From: an uncultured Chloroflexia bacterium | GTDB lineage: Bacteria; Chloroflexota; Limnocylindria; Limnocylindrales; CSP1-4 | Direction: 5' to 3' | Assembly (NCBI GenBank): GCA_963813535.1 | Contig: CAWEZH010000002.1 | Span: forward strand, 704,001 to 768,000 | Length of the DNA: 64,000 bases | Shown here: positions 57,645 to 64,000 of the stretch, piece after piece | Layout: the number at the start of each line of letters is the position of its first letter | Numbering within the stretch: position 1 is the first letter of the stretch | Made by a program: the position numbers and the translations under genes | Notes under the pieces: generated by a model | What the model saw: only the letters and a program-made list of their open reading frames with translations | The model's database searches: none | What the model was told of the DNA's origin: nothing

Positions 57645-58391
57645 CTACGAGGGCCAGAGTTCCCGGATCTGCTCGGCGAAGTAGTCGAACGGGTTCGTCC
57701 CGGGCGGGAAGGCGTTCGTGTTGCCAAGGCTGCCGATGATCGAGAACAGCGCGACGACCAGCACCACCTCCACGACCGTCACGATGATCAGCAGCCAGAC
57801 GCAACCGACCGCCCATCGATTGCTCTGACCTGCTGGTCGGACCAGCGCCGACTTCGCGAACCGGTCGTGGATGCCTTGCTTGGTCGGACTCACGATCATC
57901 GAGATCACGAGGACGACCGACCAGACGAAGGACAGCGCGTACGCCGCGACGGCGACCGACAGGACGGGCAAGAGGACCAGCAAGCTGATCCACCATCCCA
58001 TCGCGAGCCACCGCTCGACGGCCTGGGTCGTCGTCAGCGGGCGTCCGTCGAAGGCGTTCGCCACCTGGATCCCGAACGCGCGCTGTCCCGGTGTGCCCCG
58101 TCGGCCGCCGCTCCAGAAGAACAGGAAGTAGGCCGCGTAGATCGCGAAGCTGAAGATCGACACGCCGACGAACGTCGCCCGCGGCAACGGCTCGGGCACC
58201 GACGCACTCGTGAAGGCCGTGTCGTACATACCCAGGACGGCCGGCGGGATCGACACGAGCGCGCTGAGCAAGACGCCGTCGAGGACATACGCGGCGATAC
58301 GAGAGGGCGTGTCGGCGAAGACGAGCCCGGGCGGCAACAACGTGGCCGCCGCGGGCGGCGCCTCGGGCAGTCGCTGCTCGTCAGCGGTCAC
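57645..58391 (-). CDS. RDD family membrane protein
   Basis: RIAAYVLD, GTPGQR, QGIHDRFA. Confidence 0.85.
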   Translation of the reverse strand: MTADEQRLPEAPPAAATLLPPGLVFADTPSRIAAYVLDGVLLSALVSIPPAVLGMYDTAFTSASVPEPLPRATFVGVSIFSFAIYAAYFLFFWSGGRRGTPGQRAFGIQVANAFDGRPLTTTQAVERWLAMGWWISLLVLLPVLSVAVAAYALSFVWSVVLVISMIVSPTKQGIHDRFAKSALVRPAGQSNRWAVGCVWLLIIVTVVEVVLVVALFSIIGSLGNTNAFPPGTNPFDYFAEQIRELWPS

Positions 58392-58455
58392 GGCAAACCG
58401 CTCCCCTCGTGTCGTATGAGACCTCGCCGACGGTCGGCGAGGTCGCCGTTCCCGG

Positions 58456-58716
58456 TTAGACCGCGGCGCGGCGGCCCATCACACCTCGATACAGCGCGAC
58501 CACGATGACGGCGCCGATCACGGAGACGATGATGCTCTCGATGTTGATGCCGGTGACGTCGGCCACCTTCAGGACCGTGCCGGCAAGAAAGCCACCCACG
58601 ACCGCCCCGATGATGCCGAGGAGGATCGTGGCGAGCACCCCGCCACTGCCACCCATGAGCAAGTTGGTGATGAACCCGGCGATCGCACCGAGCACGATCC
58701 ACGCGATGATGCCCAC
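58456..58716 (-). CDS. GlsB/YeaQ/YmgE family stress-response membrane protein
   Basis: MGIIAWIVLGAIAG...ILLGIIGAVVGG...VIGAVIV; SD AGGAGG. Confidence 0.92.
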   Translation of the reverse strand: MGIIAWIVLGAIAGFITNLLMGGSGGVLATILLGIIGAVVGGFLAGTVLKVADVTGINIESIIVSVIGAVIVVALYRGVMGRRAAV

Positions 58717-58880
58717 ACCTACCTCCTAGCGCGGACCAGGACAGCGGTCGTGTGACCGCGGTCGGGCGTCCCGGCTCCGTCTGGGGCGGATGGTACCTGC
58801 GCCAGGCGGTGTCTGCGACATTGCAGACTCGTCGCGGATGTCCGCCCCAGCACCCGGTGCAGCGACCGCAGGAAGGTCGG

Positions 58881-59528
58881 CTAGATCCTCGATCGGCTGG
58901 GGGTCGCTTCTGGCTGGGCAGCCTCGCTCACGGGGATGGTCTCCCGCATCAGCCAGACGCCGAGCCAGGCGATGGCGATGCCCAGGATGACGCCGCCGCT
59001 CAGGTAGGCAAGGCCGATGGGAACGCCCGACAACAAACCGCCGACCAGGATGGCGCCAGAGATCGCCGTCGGAAACACGTGAGCCCGGAGGCTGGCGGCT
59101 CCGAACAGGGCCCAGCCGATGCCCAGCACAACAAAGCTCGAGATGCCACCCAACTGCAGGCGGCCCCCAACGAAGGTCGGGATCGCTTCGGGAACGACCT
59201 CTGCGATCCGAGGCACGGCGAACGCCTCGTACCACCAATCCCCGGTCATGAAGATCGTGCCCAGCAATGCGGTCGCGAAGCCGATCAGGCCGAACCAGCC
59301 AGCGCTCGGCGCCTCGCGCTCGTAGATGGCGACGAGGGCGAGCACGAGCAACCCGAACGCCACGATCGTGACGACGCTGGTGATCGCATGCGTCGGGCCG
59401 AGGATGTATTCGGTCAGATCACCGCCAGTCAGGACGAGGAGCATGGTGGGGAGCCTGGTCGCCACGACCAATACGCCGGTGACGACTGCGAGCGGCCCCG
59501 CGATCCGCGATAGCGGTGACGTCGACAT
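58881..59528 (-). CDS. Hypothetical multi-pass membrane protein
   Basis: About 6 hydrophobic segments; SD GAGAGG. Confidence 0.7.
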   Translation of the reverse strand: MSTSPLSRIAGPLAVVTGVLVVATRLPTMLLVLTGGDLTEYILGPTHAITSVVTIVAFGLLVLALVAIYEREAPSAGWFGLIGFATALLGTIFMTGDWWYEAFAVPRIAEVVPEAIPTFVGGRLQLGGISSFVVLGIGWALFGAASLRAHVFPTAISGAILVGGLLSGVPIGLAYLSGGVILGIAIAWLGVWLMRETIPVSEAAQPEATPSRSRI

Positions 59529-59561
59529 CTCAACCCTCTCCGGACCGTGCCTGGACGATCC

Positions 59562-59717
59562 TTATGGCGCAGGCGACGGCGACGCGACCGACGGCGACGC
59601 GGCCGACGGCGACGCCGATCCAAAGACGTCGGAGTCGTCCAAGCGCGGGTCGCTCGCGGTGCAGCCGGCGGCCAGTGCGCCAAGGACCATTACGCCGAGC
59701 AGCAACGACTGGAGCAT
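59562..59717 (-). CDS. Small lipoprotein with ASPS repeats
   Basis: Hydrophobic signal plus AAGC lipobox; SASPSAASPSVASPSPAP tail; start uncertain. Confidence 0.6.
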   Translation of the reverse strand: MLQSLLLGVMVLGALAAGCTASDPRLDDSDVFGSASPSAASPSVASPSPAP

Positions 59718-60079
59718 CGGGTAGCGGGCGAGCGCCCGCTTCCTCTGGGTCTTCGACGGTCGCACCGGCGCACCTCCCACGTGGTCGTGTGCCCCCGAGT
59801 CTGACCCGACGGCGACAGTCGTCATGACGAGACGGTCATGTCGACCAGCGACGCCTCGATCGCCGTCTGAGGGGATGACGACCCGTCATACGCTCCGTCG
59901 CGGACGGCGCACACTGTTCGAGAGGCATTTCGCCGCGGAGGGGACCCTTCCTGGGGGATATGGGTCCCTCCGCGCGTGGCGCTGTACGGGGGAGGAACCT
60001 GCCCACCTGGCTTCAAGGCGAGACGGGCCGACGAAGAAGCGATGAGGCCCTCGATCGTCCAGCCAGAAGGGGAACACCC

Positions 60080-60553
60080 ATGACCCGCAACACCATGACC
60101 CAGGTGGGCACCGTGCTCGCTATCGCCGTCTTCGCGATCGCGGGGTGCAGTCAGGCCACCCCGGGCGCTTCGGCTGCCCCGACCGGCGCCGGCTCCTCGG
60201 CGGCCTCCGTAGCCCCGGGCTCGAGCGCCACCGCCTGCCAGGACCTGACCGCGTTCAAGACCTCGGTCGACGGGCTCCGAGCGCTCGATCTCGCGAGCCT
60301 TGCTTCCGATGGCGTCACGACCGCCGTCGCCGATGTCGAGTCGGCGGCCTCGTCGCTCGCTGCCTCCGCGAAGGCAGAGGCTGGACCGGAGGTCGATGCG
60401 CTGGAGACCGCGATCCTTGGCTTGAAGCTCGCCGTCGTGAACCTGACCAGTGAGGAGACGCTGGTTCAGAAGAGAGCCGAGATCAAGGCGGCCGTCGTCG
60501 GAGTGGACCAAGCGACGACGGCGCTGGCGACCGCGCTCACCGCTTGCCAGTAG
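60080..60553 (+). CDS. Hypothetical lipoprotein
   Basis: IAGC lipobox, Ala/Ser/Pro linker, helical domain flanked by two Cys. Confidence 0.75.
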   Translation: MTRNTMTQVGTVLAIAVFAIAGCSQATPGASAAPTGAGSSAASVAPGSSATACQDLTAFKTSVDGLRALDLASLASDGVTTAVADVESAASSLAASAKAEAGPEVDALETAILGLKLAVVNLTSEETLVQKRAEIKAAVVGVDQATTALATALTACQ

Positions 60554-60765
60554 GAGGCGTCCAAGATCTGCCGGGGGCGACCGGATCTGAACGTTCGACC
60601 GACCGTCGTCACGAAGGTTCCGGGATCGGAGCGAGGGACGGGAGCCAGGGCGATCGCGAGCCGACGCACCGGCGCTTCTAGCCGTTTGCCGTAACAAGCG
60701 CGTTCGAAGCGCGTGTACAGGGAGCGACCGGGCGGTCGCAGATCATCCTGTATGGAGCGGGAACG

Positions 60766-61239
60766 ATGGTGCGTCACCCAACGATCGGACTCGCCGGCTT
60801 GCTCGTCGTAGTCCTCGCAGCCTGCGGTATGACGCAGAAGCCGATCCCGCCTGATGCCCAGGTGCTGCACCTGGTCATCACGCCAGCCGAGATACGTCTT
60901 GACCCTGCGACCGCCCGGGCCGGGTATGTCTACGTCGTTCTCGACACGCCGAATACTGGCTACACCTTCGTGTCGACCGGGCTTGGGCCGGACGGGGAGA
61001 TTCCGTTGACCGACGACGATCTGGCTCGTCTCAGGCGGGGCGATCAACAGGGGATGTCATTCGCGTTCTGGGGTGGCGAGCAATGTTCGCTGGAGCAGAT
61101 CGCCGAGGGCCGCGGCAAGATGGGTCCGCCATGCGGGAACGTCGCGGAGATGAACTTGACTCCCGGCATGTACGCGTTCTTGATCGAAGCTGACGCGGGC
61201 CCCCCGACAGCGATGGCGATCCTCCAGGTCGAGTCGTAG
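60766..61239 (+). CDS. Hypothetical lipoprotein (cupredoxin-like features)
   Basis: LAAC lipobox; P.T.RAG and L.PG.Y.F motifs. Confidence 0.65.
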   Translation: MVRHPTIGLAGLLVVVLAACGMTQKPIPPDAQVLHLVITPAEIRLDPATARAGYVYVVLDTPNTGYTFVSTGLGPDGEIPLTDDDLARLRRGDQQGMSFAFWGGEQCSLEQIAEGRGKMGPPCGNVAEMNLTPGMYAFLIEADAGPPTAMAILQVES

Positions 61240-61280
61240 TTGCCTGAGTCACATAGTTCGGGTCTGTACCTGACGCGTCG

Positions 61281-62174
61281 ATGCATCGAGTCGTAGTCGA
61301 CAACTTCTTCCTGATCGCGTTCGCAGTATTCGCGGCAGCGTCGTTGGTGATCATCGGCTCGCCGCTCCGAAAGGGTCTGCGTGCGTCAGTAGCGGCCGAT
61401 CTGCCCGGGGTGATCCTTGGTCTTCTCGCAGGCGTCGTGTTTTCGGCGCTGCTCGCATTCGCCAATGCCGTCGTCGCCGTGGCTGCCCTTATTCCTACAT
61501 CTCGGGAGGGATTCTTCGTCCAGTACGTGCTGTGGCCTTTCCTGTATGTGGCCAGTCTCGTGTCACTGGTAGTGCTCGATGGCTTCGCCATTCGGCCGCT
61601 TCGCCCCGGGAAGCGTGCCGGCGCTGTAGGGCGTGGGTTCGTGAGCGGCTTTGCCGTGGTAGCCGTTGGTATTGCGGCGGCCGGGGCGGTTATGGCGGCG
61701 GCACAGGTGGCGGAGCAAAGAGCGCAGGCCGAGGAGGCTCAAGCCGTCGAGGTGCGCTCTGCGGGATTGTCGATGGTGATCACGGTCGTCGATGCGCGGC
61801 TCGGAAATGGGACGGTCAACGGGACGATCGTGTCGCACCTCACGCTCGACGTCACAGTCCGTTCGACGACGGAGATCCAACTTCGGCAAGCGGCGTCAGG
61901 TTTCCACTCTCACTGGATCAACCTGGCTCCTCCCGGGACAGGGTTCCCAGTCCAGCCCGAGGGGGGATTGGGCCTCCCGACGCACATCCCGGCGGGCTCT
62001 GATGTCACCTATCGGCTCGAGGTGCCTATCGACGAATTGCGGCTCGAGCCTGCGGACGAATTCACCGCCGGGACCTGGACGGCCTCCCTGTTCCTTGAAG
62101 GGAACGGCGGCGTCCCTGGATCGCCGCCCATGTACAAGGCCGAGACCTCGTTCATTGTTCCTGACGCGCCGTAG
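61281..62174 (+). CDS. Hypothetical membrane protein
   Basis: Four N-terminal TMs plus a beta-rich C-terminal domain; weaker GC3 bias. Confidence 0.65.
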   Translation: MHRVVVDNFFLIAFAVFAAASLVIIGSPLRKGLRASVAADLPGVILGLLAGVVFSALLAFANAVVAVAALIPTSREGFFVQYVLWPFLYVASLVSLVVLDGFAIRPLRPGKRAGAVGRGFVSGFAVVAVGIAAAGAVMAAAQVAEQRAQAEEAQAVEVRSAGLSMVITVVDARLGNGTVNGTIVSHLTLDVTVRSTTEIQLRQAASGFHSHWINLAPPGTGFPVQPEGGLGLPTHIPAGSDVTYRLEVPIDELRLEPADEFTAGTWTASLFLEGNGGVPGSPPMYKAETSFIVPDAP

Positions 62175-62247
62175 GCATGACCTCGCTTCGGGGGCCATCG
62201 GCCTGGGTATCCGTGGCGCTCGACGGTCTTGACGTAGGAGGTGGGGA

Positions 62248-62625
62248 GTGAAGCGGTGGCGTGTCCCGACTTGGTTGCTTTTGATCTGGACGGTCCTCTG
62301 CATTGCATGGATCGCGGCCGGCCCAAGGTTCTTCCCCTTCAGTGGAGGCGCAAACCCGATGGCCCCGTCGGTCGCGGTCGCGGGCATCTTCTTCTTCTGG
62401 TGCGTAGGCATGATCGTGCTCGGCGTGATCTGGTTCGTGACTCTGCCGCGCGCGGCGCCGGCCACCATCGGTCCGTTGCCGTGGGGACCGAACAGTTACC
62501 CGGGGGACCGGATGGCATGTGGGCGCTGCAACAAGCCGCTCAGCCCAGCCTGGCGCGGGAAGTGCATGCACTGCGGCGCGGCCTTCGCCGAATACAACCC
62601 GATCCCCCGCGACCCGCAGGTCTGA
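62248..62625 (+). CDS. Two-TM protein with C-terminal zinc ribbon
   Basis: SD AGGAGG, CGRC...CMHC. Confidence 0.7.
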   Translation: MKRWRVPTWLLLIWTVLCIAWIAAGPRFFPFSGGANPMAPSVAVAGIFFFWCVGMIVLGVIWFVTLPRAAPATIGPLPWGPNSYPGDRMACGRCNKPLSPAWRGKCMHCGAAFAEYNPIPRDPQV

Positions 62626-62741
62626 CAGAGCGGCTGTATGGGGTCGGGGCAGCGTTACGAAGTCCGGCGCTGACCTCGGTCCGGCCCGCAGCGGATCCGT
62701 CACTGCAGGTCGGTCGTCGGTCATCAGGCGGCCAAAGGTCG

Positions 62742-62770
62742 GGCCCCCGCCCGGACAAGCCGGCGGGGGC
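62742..62770 (-). terminator. Hairpin downstream of tRNA-Pro
   Basis: GGCCCCCGCC / GGCGGGGGCC inverted repeat. Confidence 0.6.
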
Positions 62771-62788
62771 CTTCTCACGTTCAGATAT

Positions 62789-62865
62789 TGGTCGGGGCGG
62801 CGGGATTCGAACCCACGACCACCAGTCCCCCAGACTGGTGCGCTACCAGACTGCGCCACGCCCCG
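62789..62865 (-). tRNA. tRNA-Pro(GGG)
   Basis: CGGGGCG TGGCGCAGTCTGGTAGCGC A CCAGT CT GGG GG ACTGG...GGTTCGAATCC...ACCA. Confidence 0.97.
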
Positions 62866-62906
62866 ACGGGGTGCCGAGTCTAGCACGGGGCCACCGCCCG
62901 GCCGCC

Positions 62907-63923
62907 CTACAAGAGGTCCTGCAACTCGTCCTTCGATTCGCGCGACAGCAGGTCGATGAGACAACGCTGCACGCTCTTGCCCTCGAACAGCGCGCGATGG
63001 ACCTCGCGGGCGATCGGCATCTCGACCCCGTGGCGATCGGCGAGCGCGAGCGCCGCATCGACCGTGTAGGCGCCCTCGGCGGTCCCTGGCAGCGTCGCCT
63101 CGATCTCCGCCCATGACCGGCCCTTGGCCAGCTCCTCGCCGAGTCGATGGTTGCGCGACAAGCGCGAGCCGCAGGTCGCGATCACATCGCCGATCCCGGC
63201 CAGCCCGGCGAACGTCAGTCGATTGGCGCCGGCCGCCGCCCCGAGCCGGATCATCTCGGCCAGGCCCCGGGTCATCAGCCCGGCCTTGCCGTTGTCACCG
63301 AATCCGAGACCGTCGGCTGCCCCGGCCGCGATCGCGATGACGTTCTTGAGCGCGCCGCACAGCTCGACTCCGAGGATGTCGTTGTTGACGTAGAGGCGGA
63401 ATTCGCGGCGGCCCAGTCGATCGGCGATCCGGTTGGCGAGATCGAGGTCGGACGCGGCGATGACGGCCGAGGCCGGCAATCCCCGTGCGATCTCGGACGC
63501 GAGGTTGGGACCGGACAGCGCGGCGATCCGTTCCGGCGCGATGCCGCCCGCGTCGGCGATCACCTCGCTCATCCGGAGCAGCGTGCCGTTCTCCAGGCCC
63601 TTGACGACCGACAGCACGTCCGCGGACGCGGCGATGGACGGCGCGACGCTACTCGCGACCGACCGGAGGTGCGACGACGGGGCCGCGAGGATCACGAGGT
63701 CGGTCGCGCCGACCACCGCGGCCGGGTTCGCGGTCGCGACCACGTCCTCGGGCAGGTCGATCCCTGGCAGCCGGCGCTCGTTCCGGTGCGTCGCGTTGAT
63801 CTCGTCCGCCACCTCGGCACGATGCGTCAGGAGAAGGACCGGTTCGCGCCGGGCGACGATCGACGCCAGGGTCGTACCCCATGCCCCGGCCCCGACCACC
63901 GCGACGGTCGGCGAGGCGGCCAT
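62907..63923 (-). CDS. gpsA: NAD(P)H-dependent glycerol-3-phosphate dehydrogenase
   Basis: GAGAWGT, KGLE, LSGPNLA.E, GALKNVIAIAAG, GLAGIGD..ATC, SRN, EG. Confidence 0.96.
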   Translation of the reverse strand: MAASPTVAVVGAGAWGTTLASIVARREPVLLLTHRAEVADEINATHRNERRLPGIDLPEDVVATANPAAVVGATDLVILAAPSSHLRSVASSVAPSIAASADVLSVVKGLENGTLLRMSEVIADAGGIAPERIAALSGPNLASEIARGLPASAVIAASDLDLANRIADRLGRREFRLYVNNDILGVELCGALKNVIAIAAGAADGLGFGDNGKAGLMTRGLAEMIRLGAAAGANRLTFAGLAGIGDVIATCGSRLSRNHRLGEELAKGRSWAEIEATLPGTAEGAYTVDAALALADRHGVEMPIAREVHRALFEGKSVQRCLIDLLSRESKDELQDLL

Positions 63924-64000
63924 CAACGGGCCCGGCGGGACCGCGGCGATGTGGTCCGACGCGTCGGCTTCGGGGGCGCGGAGCGGGTCTTTCGCCGCCG
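63923..64000 (-). CDS. 3' end of the gene upstream of gpsA (partial)
   Basis: TGA overlaps the gpsA ATG; truncated by the window edge. Confidence 0.4.
   Translation of the reverse strand, partial: RRRKTRSAPPKPTRRTTSPRSRRAR

Overview
A high-GC, gene-dense bacterial chromosomal segment. Gene content and style suggest Chloroflexota (possibly a Limnocylindria/Ellin6529-like lineage), but that assignment is inference only. The window is mostly core and housekeeping genes: class A PBP, mutS2, a methylpurine glycosylase, cvpA, pheST, infC-rpmI-rplT, thrS with a T-box, cysS, ccdA/tlpA, nrdR-dcd with tandem NrdR boxes, acyl-CoA dehydrogenase-etfBA, a FadF-like Fe-S oxidoreductase, moeA/moaC/mog and gpsA. 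There are three tRNAs (Val-GAC, Arg-CCT, Pro-GGG) and small accessory clusters. No CRISPR array, integrase or transposase was seen. About seven single-base frameshifts look like sequencing indels. The best novelty candidates are: (1) a GT2 glycosyltransferase fused to a copy of the CysRS C-terminal domain, next to cysS; (2) a three-gene cassette of a membrane sulfatase-like transferase, a YIDPGSGS mini-protein and a NoeA-like kinase/methyltransferase; (3) an orphan rod-shaped ncRNA candidate with its own -10 element and terminator; (4) a 29-codon relay ORF bridging pheS and pheT; (5) CTG/ATC non-canonical starts and pervasive leaderless genes.
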